Source: Actinomycetes bacterium (GTDB taxonomy: Bacteria; Actinomycetota; Acidimicrobiia; Acidimicrobiales; Ilumatobacteraceae). Taken from it: a stretch of DNA of 64,000 nt. Under the pieces are notes generated by a model. The model was not told where the DNA came from, did no database searches, and saw only the letters and a program-made list of their open reading frames with translations. This document shows, one piece after another, positions 1-8,068 of this stretch. The position numbers were made by a program, and so were the translations under genes. Location of the stretch: contig JAKOUY010000036.1 of NCBI GenBank assembly GCA_029782355.1, forward strand, positions 2,193 through 66,192. The letters run 5' to 3'. Position 1 is the first letter of the stretch; every line of letters starts with the position of its first letter.

Positions 1-860
1 CCCGGCGCCGAGCGGGAGCGGACCGCCTGGAGGGCATCGGGCCAGGCGGCCTCACCAGAACCCTTTCGGGGCGTGCGAACCCAGGCTGCGTCGGCGAGTT
101 GCATCGACCGGTACGGGTGTCCTTCGGCCACCTGGTGGACGAGGCCACCGAGCCGACCCGCTTGCCGCCCGGTGGCGTCGAAGCCGTGGTCGACGATGTC
201 GGTGACGTCCGCCAGCGAGAACGGGCCGATCTCGACGATGTCGGCCTGGGCGTAGAACGGCTGGGCCTGATCGGCAAACATCGCCGCCATGGCCGACGGC
301 TCGGACCCGGCGAAGACCACACCGATCTGCCTGACGTGGTGCTGCAACTTGGTCCGGAGCAAGCCGGCGGCGCCGGGCACACCTTGAATTCCGGTGAACT
401 CGTCGACGACCAGCAGCGTGGGCGAGGCGAGGGCGGCCTCCACCATGACATCGAGCAGGAGATCGAGCGAGGTGTCAGCGTCGGGACGCTGCGACGGTGG
501 GCGGGCGAACTCGACCCGCAGCAGCCCGATGTTCAGCGACGCGTTGGCCGCGAACCCGGCGATCCGTTTGCCGATGGAACCACGAGCCGTGGAAAGGGCC
601 CGGTCGAGGCGCACGGCGAGGTCGGCCGCCGAGCGAGTTTCGTAGAGGTCGAGACGGATCACCGACGTGCCGGCATTTTCGACCACGGCGGCGACCTTGC
701 CCAGCACGCTGGTCTTGCCGAAGCGCCGCGGCCCCAGCAGCGCGGTGACCCGCCGACCCGTCACCCGCTCGATCAAGTCATCGACCAGGTCGTCGCGGCC
801 ACGCACCTCATTAGGTGGAAGCGGACCTTGATGCGGAAACGGCGTCTCATCAATCAGCAC
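1..860 (-). CDS. ATP-binding protein, Arch_ATPase/AAA-like; 3' end runs off the window
   Basis: Hand translation of the minus strand from GTG at 860, preceded by an in-frame TAG: VLIDETPFPHQGPLPPNEVRGRDDLVDDLIERV..LLGPRRFGKTSVLGKV (Walker A)..TLLVVDEFTG (Walker B-like). It is absent from the ORF track because there is no stop inside the window. The first ~250 aa of the + ORF 99..2210 are its shadow frame. Confidence 0.6.
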   Translation of the reverse strand, partial: MLIDETPFPHQGPLPPNEVRGRDDLVDDLIERVTGRRVTALLGPRRFGKTSVLGKVAAVVENAGTSVIRLDLYETRSAADLAVRLDRALSTARGSIGKRIAGFAANASLNIGLLRVEFARPPSQRPDADTSLDLLLDVMVEAALASPTLLVVDEFTGIQGVPGAAGLLRTKLQHHVRQIGVVFAGSEPSAMAAMFADQAQPFYAQADIVEIGPFSLADVTDIVDHGFDATGRQAGRLGGLVHQVAEGHPYRSMQLADAAWVRTPRKGSGEAAWPDALQAVRSRSAP

Positions 861-1028
861 AAAAGCATGCTAACAAGTAGCATGATTCGACAGGCCGCCC
901 GTCGCGGTCCGGCCGCGATACGCTGCGTCACGCAACCCAGACGTGGTCCCGCCCGCCGCTCCTACGAGGCGGTCGTGGCCCGGGTGCTTTGGCAACAACC
1001 GGTCCGTTCCCGTCCCACGAGGTTCGTC

Positions 1029-2210
1029 GTGTCCCGCCATCGTGCCCGCCTGCTCGCCTGCCTGTCGCTCACCGCAGCGTCGGCCGCGGCGTGCTCGACC
1101 GCACAGGTCCAGGTGGTTCGCCCCGGCTCGCACGACACCGTTCCGGCCACACTAATCCCGGGCGAGATGCGCGTCCGCAACCGCAGCGCGTTCCCCGCCG
1201 ACCGCTGCGCCAAGAACCGTGAGTTCGGGCCGATCACTTTCTTGACCAACGCCGGCTACACCGCCGCCGCGGGCGTGATCGAAGTGCTGGCCGCCAAGGC
1301 CAAGGGCTACTTCGGCGACGTGTGCCTCGACGTCACCATCCAGCCGAGCTTCTCGACCGAGAACTATCCCCTGATCGCCGGCAACGACGCCCAGTTCGCC
1401 GCGGCCGGTTCGTTCAGCGAGGTCGTCGACTTCGCCGGGGAGAACAACGCCAAGTTCCGGGCCATCGCCGTCGACGGGCGCGAGCCGCTCGACACGCTGA
1501 TCGTCCGCCAGGGTGGCCCGGCGGACGTGGCCCACCTGCGCGACACCGCCATCGGGGTCCAGGGAGCGGTCACCCCGGCGGTGGCGGCGATGCTGGCCAA
1601 GGCCGGGCTGCAGCACGTCGACGAGACCGGCGTGGTCGTCAAGTCCTATCGCGAGGTGTCGTCCACCGACCCCGACCCGGTGACCCGGTTGGCCGATCCG
1701 GAGGTCACCGCCATCACCGGGACGCGCAGCAGCGACGTCCTCCGGCTCGGCCAGGCCGCCGTGCCGTTCCGCACGATGGATCCGGCCGGCTTCCGCATCC
1801 CCGGCAGCTTCGGGGTGACCTACACCAACGCGACGTTCGCCACCGACTACCCGACCGTGGTCGAGGACTTCATCCGGGCGACGTCGAAGGCACTCGCCGA
1901 AGCGCTGGCCGACCCCGACGGCACGGTCGACCTCGTGGCCCGCAGCCTGCCCGGCGACGCCGCCTTCGACCTCGATGCCGAGCGAGCCCGGTGGCGCGCC
2001 GAGGTGGCCATCATCCACCACTCCCCGATCGAGGTTCCCGACGGCATCCCGATGCGCAGCCTGCTCGCCGCCGAACTGGGCACCGGGTCGGCCATCGGTC
2101 TGTTCGGGGTCCCCGCCCCGCACGTCGACGACGTGCTCGACATCGGACCGAGCCTCGCCGTCTACGACCGCGACGGACACCTGATCTGGCCTGCGAAGGA
2201 GAAGACATGA
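1029..2210 (+). CDS. Periplasmic substrate-binding lipoprotein, NMT1/THI5-like (ABC-type nitrate/sulfonate/bicarbonate family)
   Basis: C-terminal 393 aa of ORF 99..2210. GTG at 1029 gives VSRHRARLLACLSLTAASAAACS, a lipobox-type signal. The overall pattern is SBP-like. Its stop overlaps the fbiC ATG (ATGA). Confidence 0.6.
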   Translation: MSRHRARLLACLSLTAASAAACSTAQVQVVRPGSHDTVPATLIPGEMRVRNRSAFPADRCAKNREFGPITFLTNAGYTAAAGVIEVLAAKAKGYFGDVCLDVTIQPSFSTENYPLIAGNDAQFAAAGSFSEVVDFAGENNAKFRAIAVDGREPLDTLIVRQGGPADVAHLRDTAIGVQGAVTPAVAAMLAKAGLQHVDETGVVVKSYREVSSTDPDPVTRLADPEVTAITGTRSSDVLRLGQAAVPFRTMDPAGFRIPGSFGVTYTNATFATDYPTVVEDFIRATSKALAEALADPDGTVDLVARSLPGDAAFDLDAERARWRAEVAIIHHSPIEVPDGIPMRSLLAAELGTGSAIGLFGVPAPHVDDVLDIGPSLAVYDRDGHLIWPAKEKT

Positions 2211-4570
2211 CCCGCGACGACCTGCTCGGCGCGCCGCTGGCGGATCTGCTGGAGGCCGCCGCGGCGATCCGCGATCAGCACCACGGCACCCGCCTGACCT
2301 ACAGCCCGAAGGTGTTCATCCCGCTGACCATGCTGTGTCGGGACCAGTGCGGCTACTGCACCTTCGCCCAACCGCCGGCGCGCCTCGACCATCCATACCT
2401 GTCCCCGGAGGATGTACTGACCATCGCCCGGCGCGGCGCGCTGGCCGGATGCCACGAGGCACTGTTCACGCTGGGCGAGCGACCCGAGGACCGCTACGAG
2501 GTGGCCCGCCGGTGGTTGACCGCTCACGGCTACGACTCGACCGTGCACTACGTGGTGGCGATGGCCAAGCTGGTGCTCGACGAGACCGGGCTGCTGCCCC
2601 ACGCCAACGCCGGGGCGCTGTCGGCCACCGAGTTGAGCCTGCTGCGCCCGGTCAGCCCCAGCCAAGGGATGATGGTCGAGACCCTGCGCAGCGACCTCGA
2701 CTGCCACCGGGCCGCGCCCGACAAGGACCCCGTGAGGCGGTTGGCGACGCTGGAGGCAGCCGGCGAGCTGGCCATCCCGTTCACCACCGGCATCCTCGTG
2801 GGCATCGGCGAGACCCGCGCCGACCGCATCGCCGCCCTGGAGGCCATCGCCGCCAGCCATGCCCGCCACGGTCACGTGCAGGAGGTCATCGTCCAGAACT
2901 TCCTGCCCAAGCTGCGCACCGCCATGCAACGGGCCGCCGCCTGCCCGGCCGACGAGTACCTGTGGTCGATCGCCGCGGCTCGGCTCATCCTGCCCCCGGC
3001 GATCCACCTCCAGGCTCCCCCGAACCTCAGCGACGACTTCGCCGCGCTGATCGACGCCGGCATCGACGATTGGGGTGGCGTGTCCCCGGTGACGGCGGAC
3101 CACGTCAACCCGGAGCGCCCGTGGCCGGACCTCGACCGGCTGCGCCGGGTGACCGAATCGGCCGGCTTCGCCCTCGCCCCGCGGCTGACGGTCTATCCGG
3201 AGTTCGCCCTCGACGCGCCGCGCTGGCTCGATCCGGCGGTGCGCTTCCCCGTCCTCGACCGCAGCGATGCCGAAGGACTGGGCCGTGACGACCCCGGCTC
3301 GGTGTGGCCGGAACGGGTCAGTGCCGCCGACGTCGTCCAGGACGGCGCTGAGGTCGTCCTGGTCGGTCACCGCAGCACGCAGTGGTACAGCGGCGCCGAC
3401 GTCGCCGCCCCGACGCTGGTGCCCGGCCGGGCGTGGACCCGCCCGGGCTCGGCGGTGGACGAGATCCTTCACGGCGTGCGCCTGGGCCATGATGTGGGCG
3501 AGGCGGAGATCAACGCCCTGCTCGCCGCCCGCGGCCCGGAGGTGGTGGCCGTGGCCGAGCTGGCCGACGAGCTCCGCCGCGACACCGTGGGCGATGCGGT
3601 GACCTGGGTGCACAACCGCAACATCAACTACACCAACGTGTGCACGTTCAAGTGCAAGTTCTGCGGCTTCGCCAAAGGCAAGCTGACCCTCAACCTGCGC
3701 GGCACGCCCTACCTGCTGAGCCTCGACGACATCGCCGAGCGAGCCCGCCAGGCGTGGGAGCTCGGGGCCACCGAGGTCACCCTGCAGGGCGGCATCCACC
3801 CGGACTTCGACGGCGACTACTACATCGACGTGACCCGGGCCGTGAAGCAGGCCGTCCCGGACATGCACATCCACGGCTTCACCGCCCTGGAGGTCACCGA
3901 GGGGGCCCGGCGGCTGGGCGAGGACCTACGCACCTACCTGACCCGGTTGCGCGACGCCGGACTGGCCTCGCTGCCGGGCACCGCCGCGGAGATCCTCGAC
4001 GACGACGTCCGCGCCGTGCTGTGCCCGGACAAGATCACCACCGAGGAGTGGCTGGAGTGCCATCGCCAGGCCCACGCCGTCGGCCTGCGCAGCAACGTGA
4101 CGATGATGTTCGGCTCGATCGAGCAACCGGCCAGCTGGACCCGCCACCTGCTGGCGACGCGCGCCCTGCAGCGGGAGACGGGCGGGTTCACCGAGTTCGT
4201 CGGCCTGCCCTTCGTGCACATGGCTTCCCCGATCTACCTGATGCGCCAGGCCCGACGCGGTCCGACCTTCCGCGAGACGCTGCTGGTCCACGCCGTGGCG
4301 CGCATCGCCTACCACGGCGACATCCCCAACATCCAGGTGAGCTGGGTGAAGATCGGTCCGCAGGGGGCGTTGCAGCTGCTGCAGGCCGGGTGCAACGACC
4401 TCGGCGGGACGCTGATGGACGAGAACATCTCCCGCGCCGCCGGCGCCGCCCACGGCCAGGCGATGACCCCGCAGCGCTTCACCCAGCTCACCGAGCAACT
4501 CGGCCGGCGGGCCGAGCAACGCTCGACGCTCTACGGTCGCCCGCCGCTGCCGGCGGGGAGGGCCTGCTAG
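2207..4570 (+). CDS. fbiC: FO synthase, fused CofG/CofH (7,8-didemethyl-8-hydroxy-5-deazariboflavin synthase)
   Basis: In ORF 1322..4570 from ATG 2207: MTRDDLL.. Two radical-SAM motifs, CRDQCGYCTF and CTFKCKFCGF, with typical CofG then CofH order. 787 aa. Confidence 0.9.
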   Translation: MTRDDLLGAPLADLLEAAAAIRDQHHGTRLTYSPKVFIPLTMLCRDQCGYCTFAQPPARLDHPYLSPEDVLTIARRGALAGCHEALFTLGERPEDRYEVARRWLTAHGYDSTVHYVVAMAKLVLDETGLLPHANAGALSATELSLLRPVSPSQGMMVETLRSDLDCHRAAPDKDPVRRLATLEAAGELAIPFTTGILVGIGETRADRIAALEAIAASHARHGHVQEVIVQNFLPKLRTAMQRAAACPADEYLWSIAAARLILPPAIHLQAPPNLSDDFAALIDAGIDDWGGVSPVTADHVNPERPWPDLDRLRRVTESAGFALAPRLTVYPEFALDAPRWLDPAVRFPVLDRSDAEGLGRDDPGSVWPERVSAADVVQDGAEVVLVGHRSTQWYSGADVAAPTLVPGRAWTRPGSAVDEILHGVRLGHDVGEAEINALLAARGPEVVAVAELADELRRDTVGDAVTWVHNRNINYTNVCTFKCKFCGFAKGKLTLNLRGTPYLLSLDDIAERARQAWELGATEVTLQGGIHPDFDGDYYIDVTRAVKQAVPDMHIHGFTALEVTEGARRLGEDLRTYLTRLRDAGLASLPGTAAEILDDDVRAVLCPDKITTEEWLECHRQAHAVGLRSNVTMMFGSIEQPASWTRHLLATRALQRETGGFTEFVGLPFVHMASPIYLMRQARRGPTFRETLLVHAVARIAYHGDIPNIQVSWVKIGPQGALQLLQAGCNDLGGTLMDENISRAAGAAHGQAMTPQRFTQLTEQLGRRAEQRSTLYGRPPLPAGRAC

Positions 4571-5010
4571 CCGCCCAGTTCGGTCGGGAAGCGGTCGACG
4601 TACGACCGCTCCTCGACGCGTTCGGCGATCCGCCACCCGTCGGTGGTGCGCACGAGGCGGTCGACGTACCACAGCCCGCAGAAGAACACGTGCGGATCGC
4701 CGTCGGGCTTGGTGTACACCATCGGGTTGAAGCAGATCGTCCGCGAGCGGGCGGTGTCCCCGTCGAGATCGATCATCGGCGGACCGATCATGTGCTGGAA
4801 CGACGAGAACATCGGCATGGCCGCTTCGAGGAACGGGACGATCACGTCCAGCCCGCCGGCGGGGCCGCCGAACACCGTGTAGTCGATGTGCGCGTCGGCG
4901 GTGAACACCCGCCGGAAGGCCACCCAGTCACGGCTGTCGACGGCGTGGCTGTAGCGCACCAGGAGGTCCTGGATCTCCATCCGATCGGACAGCTCCTGGA
5001 CGTCCATCAC
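4567..5010 (-). CDS. SnoaL-like / NTF2-fold family protein
   Basis: ORF 4567..5010, 147 aa. It has the typical SnoaL_4 N-terminus (IQDLLVRYSHAVDSRDW..F..DA..DY). Its start overlaps the ribF stop. Confidence 0.65.
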   Translation of the reverse strand: MMDVQELSDRMEIQDLLVRYSHAVDSRDWVAFRRVFTADAHIDYTVFGGPAGGLDVIVPFLEAAMPMFSSFQHMIGPPMIDLDGDTARSRTICFNPMVYTKPDGDPHVFFCGLWYVDRLVRTTDGWRIAERVEERSYVDRFPTELGG

Positions 5011-5987
5011 GGTCGCCTCCCTCGGTAGTGCAGCAGCGGTCGGGCGGCCTCGGCGGCCCGGTCGACGTCCTGTTTCAGCTGGGCCACGAGCGCGTCGATG
5101 CCGTCGAACTTGCGCTCGCTGCGCAGGAAGTGGGTGAAGCGGACCCGGGCCTGCTCGCCGTACAGGTCGCCCTCGAACCCCAGCAGGTGGGCTTCCAACA
5201 GCGACATCTCGGCATGCTCGTAGAACGTCGGGCGGCGGCCGAGGTTGATGGCGGTGGCGAAGCGAGCGCCGTCCGGCCGGGTGTAGATCCCGGCGTAGAC
5301 ACCGTCGGCGGGCAGGCAGATCGAGGCCGGGACCTGCACGTTGGCGGTCGGGAAGCCCAGCAGCCGGCCGCGCTGGTCACCCTGGATGACCACCCCGCGG
5401 ACCTCCAGCGGGCGACCCAGCATCCGCGCCGCCAGCTCGACCTGGCCGCCCGCCAGCGCCCGGCGGATGGCCGTCGAGCTGATCGGCTCGTCGACGCCGT
5501 CGAAGCGGGCGAGCAGCTCCACCGGCTCGACATCGAAGCCCAACTCGGCGCCCAGCTCGCGCAGCATGGGCACGCTGCCCTGGCGCTGGTGACCGAAGTG
5601 GAAGTCGGCACCGACGACCACGGTGGCCACCCCGAGGGCGCCCACCAGCACGCGGCGGGTGAAGTCCTCCGCCGTCTCGGTGGACTGGGCGTCGTCGAAG
5701 TGGACCACGACCGTGGCATCGACACCGGTGGCCGCGAGCAGTTCGAGCTTCTGGTCGAGATCGGTCAGCAGGCGAGGCGCCGATTCCGGGCGGACGACCG
5801 ATGCCGGATGGCGGTCGAAGGTGACCACCACAGAGCGTTGCCGGCGGCGGGTGGCGATGCGGCGGACCTCCTCGATCACCGCACGGTGGCCGGTGTGGAC
5901 ACCGTCGTAGGCGCCGATGGTCACCACGCTGCGTTCGCCGGGCCATGCCGCGTGTGAGAGATCCTCGACGACCTGCACGGCGGTCAC
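5007..5987 (-). CDS. ribF: Bifunctional riboflavin kinase / FMN adenylyltransferase
   Basis: ORF 5007..5987. Motifs: TIGAYDGVHTGHRAVI (FAD synthetase), GFPTAN and RPTF (riboflavin kinase domain). Confidence 0.9.
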   Translation of the reverse strand: MTAVQVVEDLSHAAWPGERSVVTIGAYDGVHTGHRAVIEEVRRIATRRRQRSVVVTFDRHPASVVRPESAPRLLTDLDQKLELLAATGVDATVVVHFDDAQSTETAEDFTRRVLVGALGVATVVVGADFHFGHQRQGSVPMLRELGAELGFDVEPVELLARFDGVDEPISSTAIRRALAGGQVELAARMLGRPLEVRGVVIQGDQRGRLLGFPTANVQVPASICLPADGVYAGIYTRPDGARFATAINLGRRPTFYEHAEMSLLEAHLLGFEGDLYGEQARVRFTHFLRSERKFDGIDALVAQLKQDVDRAAEAARPLLHYRGRRP

Positions 5988-6014
5988 GCTACCGTCACAC
6001 CCCGGGCCGGACCG

Positions 6015-6905
6015 TCACCCCGCGGGCGGGTCGAGGGCCACCATGACCGCCGGCTTGACCTCGCCGGGCCGGTGCGATTCGTACATCGCCAGCAGGGTTC
6101 CCTCGCCGTCGAGCACCGCCCAGGGCCCCGGACCGGCGAAGCCCTCGGCAGGCAGCACGCGGCCGTGGCGGATCAGCTCAACCGTCGCCGGATCGGCCGT
6201 GACGGCCGGATAGTCACGCATCGCCGCGGCCAGGTCGATCAACCCCACGGTGTCCGGCGGGCGGGCGTCGGCGTCGGTGAAGCTGCCCACCGCCGTGCGG
6301 CGCAGCCCGTGGAGGTGTGCTCCCCCGCCGAGCAGGCGACCGAGGTCGTCGGCCAACGAGCGGATGTAGGTCCCCGAGCTGCAGCGGACCTCGATGGCGA
6401 GCTGTCGCGGATCGGAGGTGCCGGCCACGTCGAAGGCGTGGACGGTGACCGGCCGCGGGGCGCGCTCGACCTCGAGTCCCTGGCGAGCCAGCTCGTGCAG
6501 CCGGCGACCGTCCACCTTCAGGGCGCTGACCATCGGCGGCACCTGCTGGATCGGGCCGAGGAGGTGCTCGGCCACCACCCGGCGAGCGTCGTCGACCGTG
6601 ACGCCGGCCATGTCGTAGGTGGCGGTCACCCGGCCGCTGCTGTCCAGGGTGTCGGTGGTGACACCCAGGCGGACGATGCCCGTGTACGTCTTGCCGAGCG
6701 CCGTGAGGAAGCGCAGGATCTTCGTCGCCTTGCCCACACCCACCAACAGCACCCCGGTGGCGTCGGGATCGAGTGTTCCGGCGTGGCCGACCTGACGCTC
6801 CTCGAGGCGGCGGCGGAGCATGCCGACCACGTCGTGGCTGGTCATCCCGGCCGGCTTGTCGACCACGGCCAGGCCGTGCACGGAGGGCGGGCGGCGGCGG
6901 GCCAT
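6015..6905 (-). CDS. truB: tRNA pseudouridine(55) synthase
   Basis: ORF 6015..6905. Motifs VVDKPAGMTSHDVV and GHAGTLDPDATGVLLVG (catalytic Asp motif). It lies in conserved synteny between rbfA and ribF. Confidence 0.9.
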   Translation of the reverse strand: MARRRPPSVHGLAVVDKPAGMTSHDVVGMLRRRLEERQVGHAGTLDPDATGVLLVGVGKATKILRFLTALGKTYTGIVRLGVTTDTLDSSGRVTATYDMAGVTVDDARRVVAEHLLGPIQQVPPMVSALKVDGRRLHELARQGLEVERAPRPVTVHAFDVAGTSDPRQLAIEVRCSSGTYIRSLADDLGRLLGGGAHLHGLRRTAVGSFTDADARPPDTVGLIDLAAAMRDYPAVTADPATVELIRHGRVLPAEGFAGPGPWAVLDGEGTLLAMYESHRPGEVKPAVMVALDPPAG

Positions 6906-6907
6906 GG

Positions 6908-7327
6908 TTAGTGGCCGGCGGGGTCGTCCTCGGGCGGGACCGGACGGTCCGGCAGGGTGGCCTGGTCGCGCAGCACCCGATCGATCCGCTCCGCGGCGCG
7001 GATCGTCTCGTCGACCCGGAACTGCAGGATCGGCGTCTTCTTGGCCCGCACCTGGCGACCGACGCTGGCCTGCAGGCGTACCCGGTGGGCGTTGAGCGCG
7101 TCGAGCACGTCGCCGTCGCCCTCCTCCCCCTGCAAGGAGTCGACGTACACGATCGCCCGGTTCATCTCCGGGTCGACATCGATCGACGTGACCGTGACCA
7201 GTTCGAGACGCTCGTCGTCGATGCGGGTCAGCTCCTCGGCGATCACCTCACGCAGCGACTCGTTCAGCCGGGCCGTGCGCGGGTACCGGTGTGGCGAGGT
7301 GGTGGCAGGGCGGCGGGGGCGGCTCAT
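6908..7327 (-). CDS. rbfA: Ribosome-binding factor A
   Basis: ORF 6908..7363. I prefer ATG 7327 (MSRPRRP..) because GAAGGAGA lies 7 nt upstream. The RTARLNESLREVIAEEL..DPEMNRAIVYV region is RbfA-like. Confidence 0.85.
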   Translation of the reverse strand: MSRPRRPATTSPHRYPRTARLNESLREVIAEELTRIDDERLELVTVTSIDVDPEMNRAIVYVDSLQGEEGDGDVLDALNAHRVRLQASVGRQVRAKKTPILQFRVDETIRAAERIDRVLRDQATLPDRPVPPEDDPAGH

Positions 7328-7409
7328 CGCAAGTCTCCTTCGGTCCGCGAGGTGGGTTGCCACCCTATCGGCGGGCCCGGTGCACCACGGGACCCGACGA
7401 ACACCGCTG

Positions 7410-8042
7410 CTAGCGGAAGTCGAGCTCGGCGCGGTTGGAGCGCTTCAGCTCGGCCATCCCGCTGGAGGTGGCGATCAGCTCGACCGCATCCCACAGGCGC
7501 ACGGCGTGCTCGCCGCGCGGGATCGAGGAGATCACCGGACCGAAGAAGCTGTTCTCCTCCGGCCGACCCGGGTGGAAGGTCAGGATCGGGGTGCCGACGT
7601 CCTTGCCGGTGCGCGCCAGCGCCAGCTCGGTGGCGGCGCGAATGGCGGCGTCGTGCGACTCGTCGTCGATCGCCGCGGCCACGGCCGGGTCGAAGCCGTG
7701 CTCGCCGAGCAGGGTCGCCCACCCCGCAGCCGGGTCGGCCTTCAGCTCAGCGGCGCGGCGCTGGCGATGGATGAACTCACCGGCGGCGGTGTAGAAGCGA
7801 TCGACGGCCTCGTTGCCGTGCGCGGCCTCGAGGGCGCCGGCGATGCGCAGGCCGGCATGTCCGACTGCCTGGCTCCGGCGACGCTCCGGGTCGACATCGG
7901 CAGCAGCCTCGTTGAGGATCTTCAGCGAGATCGGCCGCCAGACGACCTGGTAGTCGCGCTGCTCACGAACTTCCACGACCCACCGGGACGTGACGTAGGC
8001 GAACGGTCAAATCGGGTCGAAGAAGAACTCGAGATCTGCCAC
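7410..8042 (-). CDS. DsbA-like thioredoxin-fold protein (Rv2466c / mycothiol-dependent reductase-like) with in-frame TGA at 8007..8009: candidate selenoprotein
   Basis: The track ORF 7410..7976 starts at a GTG. Reading upstream in the same frame gives GTG(8042) VADLEFFFDPI-TGA-PFAYVTSRWVVEVREQ.. with no other stop. The TGA aligns with the first Cys of the FDPLCPWCWITSRW motif of Rv2466c-type proteins (recalled from memory). Downstream motifs also match: ISLKILNE, DVGTP, FFGPVISSIPRGE, ELKR. Confidence 0.6.
7974..7992 (-). promoter_or_regulatory. SECIS-like hairpin downstream of the TGA at 8007..8009
   Basis: Coding-strand sequence CACGUCCC-GGU-GGGUCGUG: 4 bp, a U.U mismatch, then 2-3 bp, with GGU at the apex. 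The stem starts 14 nt after the UGA. Confidence 0.4.
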
Positions 8043-8068
8043 GTGGCCAGGCTACCGGTGCGGCCCGA

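Noticed and set aside
1152-3874. Long minus-strand ORFs (1152..2180, 2162..3874). Similar examples elsewhere: 8207..10630 +, 13127..14767 -, 20292..22646 +, 41547..43649 -, 43784..45808 -, 49975..51714 -, 50870..52657 -.
   Set aside because: They lie opposite genes with unambiguous family motifs. Their translations are Arg/Gly/Pro/Asp-rich with no recognisable domains, which is typical of shadow ORFs in high-GC DNA where stop codons are rare.
7977-8042. Alternative explanation of the three internal TGAs (8007, 34432, 55518): pseudogenisation, sequencing errors, or separate short genes (e.g. 55590..56021 as an independent ORF).
   Set aside because: This is not excluded, but I judge it less likely. 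All three stops fall exactly on the catalytic Cys column of redox motifs, the flanking frames are otherwise intact, each has a nearby hairpin with a GU-containing loop, and the downstream pieces would lack catalytic residues or plausible ribosome-binding sites. It remains the formal null hypothesis for those findings.
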